Below the pieces are notes generated by a model that was not told the origin of the DNA, ran no database searches, and saw only the letters and a list, made by a program, of their open reading frames with translations. From Bacillales bacterium UBA6877 (GTDB taxonomy: Bacteria; Bacillota_I; Bacilli_A; RFN20; CAG-826), in assembly GCA_002451465.1 (NCBI GenBank), contig DKCJ01000024.1, forward strand, positions 29,578 to 93,577: DNA of 64,000 nucleotides, written 5' to 3'. Below are positions 41,496 through 49,534 of this stretch, piece after piece; the stretch's first letter is position 1, and every line of letters begins with the position of its first letter. Position numbers and translations under genes: made by a program.

Positions 41496-42479
41496 TTAAT
41501 TTAAAAATTTAGTAAAACCAATATTATTTAAAATATTTCTTTCATATTTTGGTAAACTCGCTTTAAATTCTTTATTGCTTAAATAATCTAAAACTCCACC
41601 TATATCTAAAAACTTAATTTTATACGCATGGAGGAACTGATTTTCAAATTTGTACTTTTTATAAAATTCTTTATTAAATGTGAAATCCCCATATTTTGAA
41701 TCACCGACAATAGGATGATTAATTGATGCTAAATGCACTCTAATTTGATGAGTTCTACCTGTTAAAAGGTGCACATTTAATAAAGATACTTCATTATTTT
41801 GATCTAAAACTTTATATTCAGTTACCGCTTTTTTTGCACCATTTTTAATGGAACCAACTCTAACTTGATTAGTTTTACTATCTTTAATAAGTGGTTTATC
41901 AATAACGCCTTCTTTTTCATTAAATCTTCCTACAACTAGCGCTAAATAATATTTTTCAATTTGATCTCTTTCTTTAAATAACTTAATTAATTCTTGTGAA
42001 GCCCCTAAAGTTTTAGCAAAAATACATATTCCACTTGTATTTCTATCAAGTCTATGAACAGGAGAAGGAACAAAATCAATTCCATTATTTTTAAATTCAC
42101 CTTTATTCAATAAATAACTTCTTACAAAATTCGTTAATGTGTTATCTTTTTCTTTATCATCTTCGACAACAAGAACACCAACCGGTTTATTTAAAATAAG
42201 GATATTTTTATCTTCGTAAACAATATCTAAAGTATCTAAAACATTCTTGATGTCTTTTGGCTTATTAAAATCTTCAATTTGTTTGTCACTAACATAAACT
42301 TTTAATAAATCACCATTTTGCAAAATATAATTTTCCTTCACCCAATGGCCGTTAATTTTTACATCTTTTTTTCTAAAAGTTTTATAAATAAAAGACAATG
42401 GCGCTTTATTAAAATATTTTTTTAAAAATTTATCTACTCGTTGATTTTCTATATCTTCTGTTACTTTAACACTTATCAT
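41496..42479 (-). CDS. RluA-family pseudouridine synthase with N-terminal S4 domain (RluD-like)
   Basis: HRLDRNTSG catalytic motif and TGRTHQIRVH motif. Confidence 0.88.
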   Translation of the reverse strand: MISVKVTEDIENQRVDKFLKKYFNKAPLSFIYKTFRKKDVKINGHWVKENYILQNGDLLKVYVSDKQIEDFNKPKDIKNVLDTLDIVYEDKNILILNKPVGVLVVEDDKEKDNTLTNFVRSYLLNKGEFKNNGIDFVPSPVHRLDRNTSGICIFAKTLGASQELIKLFKERDQIEKYYLALVVGRFNEKEGVIDKPLIKDSKTNQVRVGSIKNGAKKAVTEYKVLDQNNEVSLLNVHLLTGRTHQIRVHLASINHPIVGDSKYGDFTFNKEFYKKYKFENQFLHAYKIKFLDIGGVLDYLSNKEFKASLPKYERNILNNIGFTKFLN

Positions 42480-42524
42480 ATCTAATAATTTATCATATTT
42501 TTAGATGTTTTTAGAAAACATTTT

Positions 42525-42533
42525 TGTTATAAT
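42525..42533 (+). promoter_or_regulatory. Extended -10 promoter of tRNA-Ser
   Basis: TGtTATAAT lies 14 nt before the tRNA 5' end. No good -35 box. Confidence 0.45.
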
Positions 42534-42546
42534 ATTTTGCGTAGCT

Positions 42547-42637
42547 GGAGAAATACCCAAGAGGCTGAAGGGGCGGGCTTGGAAAGCTCGTAGGTCTGTA
42601 ACAGGACGCGAGGGTTCAAATCCCTCTTTCTCCGCCA
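42547..42637 (+). tRNA. tRNA-Ser (anticodon GGA)
   Basis: Acceptor GGAGAAA/TTTCTCC, anticodon loop TTGGAAA, long variable arm, T-arm GAGGG-TTCAAAT-CCCTC, encoded CCA. Confidence 0.9.
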
Positions 42638-42733
42638 TCAGCATACAATACGAATCCTCATTAACTCCTATATATAGGGGATTTGTAATAACAGTTTCAC
42701 TTTATGATAAAGAATAAAGCTGATATAAATAAT

Positions 42734-42762
42734 AGATCTCGTAACAATCCGAGATCTTTTTT
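42734..42762 (+). terminator. Rho-independent terminator after the tRNA-Ser trailer
   Basis: AGATCTCG (42734-42741), 8-nt loop, CGAGATCT (42750-42757), then a T6 run. Confidence 0.7.
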
Positions 42763-42775
42763 GTTGGGTTTTATA

Positions 42776-42815
42776 TGTGTATTTTAATGCACAAAGCATA
42801 CCATAGTGATATAAT
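42776..42815 (+). promoter_or_regulatory. Extended -10 promoter plus imperfect palindrome upstream of the HTH-methylase gene
   Basis: TGaTATAAT (42807-42815) ends 6 nt before the ATG at 42822, and there is no Shine-Dalgarno sequence. The imperfect inverted repeat TGTGTAT-TTTA-ATGCACA (42776-42793) covers the -35 position. Confidence 0.5.
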
Positions 42816-42821
42816 AAAACT

Positions 42822-43871
42822 ATGGAAAATAATGAATTACAGATTAGCGTTGGCGAGAACATTCGTTCTATGAGAAACAGCGAGAATCTTTCTCAGCAAG
42901 AACTCGCCTCTTTATCAGGCATTGAAAGGTCTCAACTTTCTAGAATTGAAAATGGACAGGTAGATATTCAGCTTTCTACCATCTCTAAAATAGCTACAAA
43001 TCTTAACACTACTCCCGATATTCTTTTAAAAACAACCTCATTAAAAATGCATCCGTTCGTTAAGTGGGCTGGTGGAAAAGGACAATTACTTAACAAATTA
43101 ATTAGTAAACTTCCAAAACATTTTAACAATTATTTTGAACCATTTATTGGCGGGGGCGCATTATTTTTTGAAGTTGCCCCTAAAAAAGCTGTGATTAATG
43201 ATGTAAATCTTGAACTATTATCCGTTTATAAATGTTTTAAAAACAAGATTGATTATGAAGAATTATTGAAGAAGCTTGATTATTTTTCTTCTATTCACTC
43301 TGAAGAGAATTATCTAAAAATTCGCTCTATGGATAGGAAAGATAACTTTAACTCTTTATACATGGTCGAACATGCAGCAAGAATGATTTACCTTAATAAA
43401 GCTGATTTTAATGGACTTTATCGTGTGAATTCGAAAGGCTTTTTTAATGTCCCTAGTGGAAAGAAAACTAAAGTTAACTGCTATGATCCTAACAATATGA
43501 GAAACATCTTCAATTATTTTCAAAACTCAAATATTCAAATTCTCAATGGCGATTTTGTAGAAGCTGTTAAGGATGCAAAAGCTGGTGATTTTGTCTATTT
43601 TGATCCTCCCTATGACAACTTTGAAAACAAAAATAACTTTACCTCTTACAGTAAGGATTGTTTTGATAAAAACGATCAAAAAAGACTTGCTGATTTAGCT
43701 AGGAAGCTTGATTCAATGGGTGTTTTTGTAATGCTTTCTAACCATAACACTCCTTTTATCAATGAAATTTATAAAGGTTTCAATATTGAAGTCGTTAACG
43801 CTAAAAGAATGATTGACAGTAAAGTAAGCGGTCGTTTAGGTGTTGAGGAAGTCATAATCACAAACTACTAG
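42822..43871 (+). CDS. XRE-type HTH domain fused to a Dam/DpnM-like N6-adenine DNA methyltransferase (GATC class, D12 family)
   Basis: aa 1-70 form an HTH_3 domain (LSQQELASLSGIERSQLSRIENGQ). This is followed by FVKWAGGKGQLL (SAM-binding site) and the VYFDPPY catalytic motif. Confidence 0.85.
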   Translation: MENNELQISVGENIRSMRNSENLSQQELASLSGIERSQLSRIENGQVDIQLSTISKIATNLNTTPDILLKTTSLKMHPFVKWAGGKGQLLNKLISKLPKHFNNYFEPFIGGGALFFEVAPKKAVINDVNLELLSVYKCFKNKIDYEELLKKLDYFSSIHSEENYLKIRSMDRKDNFNSLYMVEHAARMIYLNKADFNGLYRVNSKGFFNVPSGKKTKVNCYDPNNMRNIFNYFQNSNIQILNGDFVEAVKDAKAGDFVYFDPPYDNFENKNNFTSYSKDCFDKNDQKRLADLARKLDSMGVFVMLSNHNTPFINEIYKGFNIEVVNAKRMIDSKVSGRLGVEEVIITNY

Positions 43872-43872
43872 T

Positions 43873-44664
43873 ATGAATAAAAAACTATTACCATATTTTA
43901 AAGGAAAAGACTTTACTCTCTATAATGGAGATTGTTTTGAGATTCTTAAGAAACTCCCTAAACATTCTTTTAATATGATTTTTGCGGACCCGCCTTATTT
44001 TTTAACAGATAATGGGATTACTTGCAGAAGTGGAAAAGAAATAAAAAAGAAAGAAAACCCTTGGGATAAGCCTAAGACTGTTCAAGAAAAAATTGCATAC
44101 AACAAAAAATGGATTGCCCTTTGCAAATCTCTTCTTACTAGTGATGGAACTATTTTTATTTCAGGTACTTTTCACAATATTTATACTATCGGCGTCGCCC
44201 TTGAAATGAACGGCTTTGATATTATAAACAACATAACATGGATAAAAAGAAATCCACCTCCTAATATTTCTTGCAGATCTTTAAAACACTCAACTGAAAC
44301 AATATTATGGGCTAAAGTAAAAAAGACGAAACATAAGTTCAATTACCCATTGATGAAAACCTATAACAATAATAAGCAAATGAATGATATATTTTTCACA
44401 AGTCTTACTAAACCATCCGAGAGAAAAGAAGGCAAACATCCAACACAAAAACCATTGGATTTACTAAAAATGATATTGGATTGTGCTACTAATGAAGGTG
44501 ACCTAGTTCTCGATCCTTTCAATGGTAGTGGCACTACAGGCATTGCTTGTGTTGTTAAAAATAGAAAGTATATCGGAATAGATAATGTAAACGAGTATTT
44601 AGAAATAACTAAAAAAAGATATGTCAAAGAAAAGGAGAAAAAGCAAAATGAAAAGAGAATTTGA
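43873..44664 (+). CDS. DpnA-like beta-class N6/N4 DNA methyltransferase
   Basis: N-terminal IFADPPYF catalytic motif, followed by KHPTQKPLDLL and DPFNGSGTTG (SAM-binding site). It starts 1 nt after the upstream stop. Confidence 0.85.
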   Translation: MNKKLLPYFKGKDFTLYNGDCFEILKKLPKHSFNMIFADPPYFLTDNGITCRSGKEIKKKENPWDKPKTVQEKIAYNKKWIALCKSLLTSDGTIFISGTFHNIYTIGVALEMNGFDIINNITWIKRNPPPNISCRSLKHSTETILWAKVKKTKHKFNYPLMKTYNNNKQMNDIFFTSLTKPSERKEGKHPTQKPLDLLKMILDCATNEGDLVLDPFNGSGTTGIACVVKNRKYIGIDNVNEYLEITKKRYVKEKEKKQNEKRI

Positions 44665-45526
44665 CGAAATTATGAATCATTTAGTTCCTGCTATTGCGGG
44701 TTATGAATTTTTTACAGATTTTAAAAAAGTTTATAAAAACATCTTAGATGTAGAAATTAATCTTAATATTCTAGATACACTTATAGGCAAAAAAGAAACC
44801 TTTGATCAAGATTTCATATCAATTATCAAAAGATATCCCGAAACAATATCGGTTCTTCCACTCATAATTGCAAAAAGAGGAAACATTGATATCTTAGATA
44901 ACGATAATAATGAAAGTATATATTTTGACTTTTCAAAATCAACTCATAACTCCCCAGAACAATTTTTGAAATTTGTTGAAAAATCAGGAATAAAAGAGCT
45001 TTTAATAGGTGGTCATATTTCACATCTTAAAGATTACATTACTGGTGTTGAAGTTGGACTAGATTCTAACGCAAGAAAAAATCGCTCTGGGAAAATAATG
45101 GAGGGAATCGTAGAAAAATTCCTTAAAAATAATAGATATGATTATATTTCACAAGCTACAAAAAAGGAAATAAAAGAAAAATGGGGCTATACAATGCTTG
45201 ATTCACTTAATTTAAAAGAAGGAAAAGCACAGGCTGAAAAAAGATTTGATTTTGCAGTCAAAGTTGGTGATGAGCTTTTTCTCATCGAGACAAATTACTA
45301 TGGCGGTGGCGGCTCTAAACTAAATGAGGTAAGTCGTAGCTACGAAAAATTAGCTGATGATATTAATAAACTTCCGGATTGTCAATTTATTTGGATTACT
45401 GATGGTTGCGGATGGAAATCTACTAGGAATAATCTTCAGGAATCTTATCAACACCAAAAAAATCTTTTAACTTTACTTGATTTCGATTTGTTAAAAAGGC
45501 TCCTTGATACTTATTTAAAAAATTAA
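44648..45526 (+). CDS. DpnII/MboI-family type II restriction endonuclease (GATC)
   Basis: Blocks shared with R.DpnII as I recall it: FTDFKKVYKN, YFDFSK, DYITGVEVG, RKNRSG, KRFDF, GSKLNEVSRSY, WITDGCGW. The start is either the ATG at 44648 (GGAG 10 nt upstream) or the ATG at 44621. Both overlap the end of the preceding gene. Confidence 0.85.
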   Translation: MKREFDEIMNHLVPAIAGYEFFTDFKKVYKNILDVEINLNILDTLIGKKETFDQDFISIIKRYPETISVLPLIIAKRGNIDILDNDNNESIYFDFSKSTHNSPEQFLKFVEKSGIKELLIGGHISHLKDYITGVEVGLDSNARKNRSGKIMEGIVEKFLKNNRYDYISQATKKEIKEKWGYTMLDSLNLKEGKAQAEKRFDFAVKVGDELFLIETNYYGGGGSKLNEVSRSYEKLADDINKLPDCQFIWITDGCGWKSTRNNLQESYQHQKNLLTLLDFDLLKRLLDTYLKN

Positions 45527-45558
45527 AATTAAAATATAACTGTTAAATTATAGATTGT

Positions 45559-45587
45559 TTGACATCTAAAAATAGTAACATTATATT
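45559..45587 (+). promoter_or_regulatory. Orphan consensus-like promoter in a non-coding stretch
   Basis: TTGACA (45559-45564), 17-nt spacer, TATATT (45582-45587). No credible ORF follows for about 570 nt. Confidence 0.35.
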
Positions 45588-46160
45588 AAGACATAACGAC
45601 TTTATTTTTATATAAAACGCTCTGACTGGTTTTATAAGTAAACCTCAAGTAAAGAAAGAAGCAAGACAAGGTGACCACTCCACCTATTTCTCCTTTCCAG
45701 TTTGATAGTGAATACCAGATCCATTAGTTTAAACATTTCTTATTCGATTTAGATTTATATTCCTTATTGAATTCTTTGCTATGGTCTTTTGTGTCCAAAT
45801 AAATGAATGAGCAAATAGAAATGCATTGATCTATAAAATGATGTTCTCAATTATTAATATCGTAAATTCTTAAACTAAAAGCTGAATTTAAAGAATAAAC
45901 GGAATTTACTTTAAGAATTCATAATGTAAATTAAATTTGTCGTTTAATATTGACTAAAATAATATGATTTTGATTAAATAAAGATAGAAAAACTAGTTTC
46001 TTAATGTTATTTCTTATTAGCAATTAATTCTTACAAAAGAATAATAATGGAAGAAATTGTGCAATTTTATACCATACATCATTAATGACAATTGTTGTTC
46101 CCTAGATTGGATGTTAATTACATTATTGGGAATTTAAATATAAATAATGTGAAAACTATT

Positions 46161-46694
46161 ATGAAAAAGAAATTTACATGCTTAGCTGTATTATCTTTAA
46201 TTCCATCTTTTGTATCTTGCTCACCAAAAGAAACAACTCCTGTAATGAATATTGATATGGACCATCATACGAAGGTTGAAATTAATCATCAATTTTCTAG
46301 CACAAAAGTTACTGAAGTTATAGCTTCTGATACTAATTTGATGCATAAGGAAATTAAATCTGAATCTGCTATCAGTGAGATTTTAAGTGTTTTAGACAAT
46401 GTTTTTAACCATAGTACATTTTATGATAACAATCCAATAACTTCAGGCTGGGAAACTCCATTTTTTGGAATTAAATGGGAGGATAATCAATACTTATCAA
46501 TTATTTTTTCAAAATTCCCATGTGAATCTAGAACAGATACATATGCATTTCAATATTATGGAACACTTAATGGTTTAGAAGAATTCTCAAATGTTTATGG
46601 CTTCTATTCTTCTAAGGAGTTAAATGACTCTCTTTTTAAGGCTTTGAATAATGCTTTAAAAACTGTTGAAGATGAAGATTATATTTTAGATTAA
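46161..46694 (+). CDS. Lipoprotein, function unknown
   Basis: MKKKFTCLAVLSLIPSFVSC is a signal peptide with a lipobox. I place the start at the ATG at 46161 rather than the listed TTG at 46092. Confidence 0.7.
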   Translation: MKKKFTCLAVLSLIPSFVSCSPKETTPVMNIDMDHHTKVEINHQFSSTKVTEVIASDTNLMHKEIKSESAISEILSVLDNVFNHSTFYDNNPITSGWETPFFGIKWEDNQYLSIIFSKFPCESRTDTYAFQYYGTLNGLEEFSNVYGFYSSKELNDSLFKALNNALKTVEDEDYILD

Positions 46695-46839
46695 TGTAAC
46701 TGGTTGAATAATGATAAAGGCATTCTATATTTAACCAAAAAAATAACTGCACTCCCTTTCCTACATTATTATTCTGCCAAATACATTTTGACTATGTTGT
46801 TTGCTTGAAATTCATCGATGTTTTTGATATAACTTCAAT

Positions 46840-48384
46840 ATGAATTGGCTTAATTACTACGGACTTGCCATAATGGCGGTTATTATGATTCCTAATATAA
46901 TTTATGCAGTAAAGCATAAAAATCAAGTGGCCGTTTACGATAATAAGACGGCTATTCTTTTTGAACAAATCGGCAGATATGGCTGTTTTTTCTTTATGAT
47001 ATTCAATATTCCGTACACTTATATTGGCTTTTGGTTTTCTTTCGGGGAAATATTTTACATAACTATCAATACAGTTTTACTTTTGGGATATTGTATATCT
47101 TGGATTGTGTTGTGGAATAAAAATGGCATCGTAAAAGCTCTATTACTTTCTATAATACCATCATTAGTTTTTATTGTATCAAGTATACTTATTGCAAGTA
47201 TTCCTTTATTTGTGCTTGCCATTATTTTTTCCATTACGCATATTCTTATTTCTATAAAGAGCGCAAAAGCTGAAAATACCGCCGAACCACAAATAAAAAA
47301 GAAAACGATAATTTCGGTTATAGCATTATTATTAAGTGTGGCTATGACTTTTGTTGGCACATTCGGCGGATTGTTTGCTTATCAACAAAACAATTTCGAT
47401 AAACTTAAAAATATGTCCTCGTTGGATATGATTGAATATTCTTGTTCAAATAAAAACACTAAAATAAGTTTTGCACTCATTGAAAATGGTGAAATTACAT
47501 ATCATATTTATGGTAAAAACGGCGAAGAAACAAACATATACAATTATGAAATCGGTTCGATTAGTAAAACTTTTGTCGGTGCATTGTGTGCAAAAGCCAT
47601 AAATGAAAATAGACTAAATTTGAAAGACAGTATTTCGAAATATCTTGATTTGAAAAATGATAAATATTTTCCGACAATAGAACGACTTTTAACACATACA
47701 TCTGGATATGCCGCTTATTATTTTGAAAGTTCTATGATTGGCAACAAATTTGCGCATATCACAAACGATTTTTACGGAATAGGCAAAGATAAAATTCTTC
47801 AAAGAGTGCAAAACATTGTGCTAGAAAATAAAGATTATCCATTTGTATACTCTAATTTCGGCATATCGGTTTTGGGACTTGTTTTAGAAAACATTTATAG
47901 CGACAGTTTTACAAACATTATGAATGACTTTATTCGTAATGACTTGCACTTGCAAAATACACAGGCAGCAAAACAAAGCGGTAATCTCGATAAGTATTGG
48001 AAGTGGAAACAAAACGATGGTTATATTCCAGCAGGTTCAATTATTTCAAATATTGAAAGTATGACGATTTATTTGCAATTATATATGAATAATACTATTT
48101 CATATTTGCCAATGACTTATTCTAGAATAAAAGATATAAATGCTAACCAACCAGCCTACGAAGCAATGAATATTCGAATAGACAGCGTTGGTATGACTTG
48201 GATGTTAGACAATAAAAGCGATATTATTTGGCATAATGGTGCAACTACCAATTTCAACAGTTATATAGGGTTTACTCAAGATAGAAAACGTGGAGTTGTA
48301 ATTTTAAGCAATTTGAACGCAAATGATAAAATTTCAATGACTGTAATCGGGGCAAAACTTTTGACGGGACAGTTTGATTTATAA
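46840..48384 (+). CDS. Membrane-anchored serine hydrolase of the beta-lactamase (class C/PBP4*-like) fold
   Basis: The N-terminal ~185 aa contain about 6 TM helices. These are followed by SxxK (GSISKTF), LLTHTSGY and YSN (YSNFG) motifs. Confidence 0.8.
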   Translation: MNWLNYYGLAIMAVIMIPNIIYAVKHKNQVAVYDNKTAILFEQIGRYGCFFFMIFNIPYTYIGFWFSFGEIFYITINTVLLLGYCISWIVLWNKNGIVKALLLSIIPSLVFIVSSILIASIPLFVLAIIFSITHILISIKSAKAENTAEPQIKKKTIISVIALLLSVAMTFVGTFGGLFAYQQNNFDKLKNMSSLDMIEYSCSNKNTKISFALIENGEITYHIYGKNGEETNIYNYEIGSISKTFVGALCAKAINENRLNLKDSISKYLDLKNDKYFPTIERLLTHTSGYAAYYFESSMIGNKFAHITNDFYGIGKDKILQRVQNIVLENKDYPFVYSNFGISVLGLVLENIYSDSFTNIMNDFIRNDLHLQNTQAAKQSGNLDKYWKWKQNDGYIPAGSIISNIESMTIYLQLYMNNTISYLPMTYSRIKDINANQPAYEAMNIRIDSVGMTWMLDNKSDIIWHNGATTNFNSYIGFTQDRKRGVVILSNLNANDKISMTVIGAKLLTGQFDL

Positions 48385-48652
48385 AATTCACTTTACGTTA
48401 CTAACGCTCAGCCAATTAAAATTTAACATAGAGAAATCTGTGTTTTTCTTTATTTTTCTAATCAAAAAATATCTAGAATTCTATAAAAAAGATTACTATA
48501 ACTCAAAAAATAAATTATCTATCATTTTGATTTATGATTAAAGCAATGAATTTACTCAAAAAACACTTCTTTTATAATATAAATTAAATTTAACTATAAA
48601 ATTAATTAAAATCTTGTTATTGTAATAATGTATTAAATATATGGAGACAATG

Positions 48653-49030
48653 ATGAAAATAAAAACTATAGCTTTGATTGCACATGATAATAAAAAACCA
48701 GAAATTATAGAATGGGCAAAAAATCATAAAGAAGTTCTTTCTCATTTTAGTTTATGTGGAACTGGAACCACCGCTAAATTAATTAATGAAAATACTGGTT
48801 TAGAAGTAAAAAGATATCTTTCAGGTCCTTTAGGTGGTGATTTAGAGATTGGTGCTAAAGTTGCTGAAAAAGAAATCGATATTGTTATCTTCTTTTGGGA
48901 TCCATTACAAGCTCAACCTCATGATCCTGATGTTAAAGCTTTACTTAGGATTGCTGCCCTTTATGATATTCCTATTGCTACAAATCCATCAACAGCAAAC
49001 TATATATTAACTTCGAGTTTACTTAAATAG
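48653..49030 (+). CDS. mgsA: Methylglyoxal synthase
   Basis: IALIAHDNKK...CGTGTTAKL...GPLGGD...DPLQAQPHDPDVKALLR are MgsA hallmarks. The ATG at 48653 has GGAG 6 nt upstream. In-frame ATGs also occur at 48641 and 48650. Confidence 0.9.
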   Translation: MKIKTIALIAHDNKKPEIIEWAKNHKEVLSHFSLCGTGTTAKLINENTGLEVKRYLSGPLGGDLEIGAKVAEKEIDIVIFFWDPLQAQPHDPDVKALLRIAALYDIPIATNPSTANYILTSSLLK

Positions 49031-49034
49031 ATAT

Positions 49035-49062
49035 TAAAAAAGGAGGTTTAAACCTCCTTTAT
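49035..49062. terminator. Bidirectional terminator
   Basis: A 20-nt perfect palindrome, AAGGAGGTTTAAACCTCCTT (49040-49059), flanked by an A-run and a T-run. Confidence 0.65.
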
Positions 49063-49512
49063 TTATTTCTTTGCCTCTATATCGTTTTTTGTTGGAACAA
49101 CTTGTACAGTTGATGCTTCAATAGCTTCATTTTGTGCATCAAGCATCCTTTTAAGTCTTTGTTCTCTTCTTGCTTGTCTTTCTTTATCACGATCTTCGTT
49201 TTTACTAGCAAGTGAGGAAGTAATTGCAATAATAATTGCTCCTACTAAAACAAGAACAATACCCCAAAATAAGAAACCAAATGGCTTATTTCCAAATAAT
49301 GATTTTAAATAAGAATCACCTATAAGAAGTGGATTTTTTGATGGAGGAATATTAAGACTTCCACCAACAATATTTAAAACATCAAAGACTAAACCAATCA
49401 CAAATAAAATCACTCCAATAACAAACCAAACAAGTTGCTTCATTGAAAATGATTTAAAAAAATCTTTTAAGCCATTAGACTTTCTTTTATTTTGATTTTT
49501 AACATTAGCCAT
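49063..49512 (-). CDS. Two-TM membrane protein with basic C-terminal helix, function unknown
   Basis: 149 aa with two hydrophobic helices, followed by the charged tail KNEDRDKERQARREQRLKR. Confidence 0.6.
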   Translation of the reverse strand: MANVKNQNKRKSNGLKDFFKSFSMKQLVWFVIGVILFVIGLVFDVLNIVGGSLNIPPSKNPLLIGDSYLKSLFGNKPFGFLFWGIVLVLVGAIIIAITSSLASKNEDRDKERQARREQRLKRMLDAQNEAIEASTVQVVPTKNDIEAKK

Positions 49513-49534
49513 AGTAAACGCTTTTAATAATTAA

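Noticed and set aside
42666-42677. CCTATATATAGG palindrome as the operator of the HTH-methylase
   Set aside because: It lies about 145 nt upstream of the promoter and before a strong terminator, so it is probably not in the methylase control region. The TGTGTAT-N4-ATGCACA repeat over the -35 position is the better candidate.
42505-42862. ORFs 42505-42717 (+) and 42668-42862 (-) around tRNA-Ser
   Set aside because: The first runs straight through the tRNA-Ser gene. The second covers the trailer, the terminator and the promoter of the methylase gene. Neither has an RBS or a protein-like composition.
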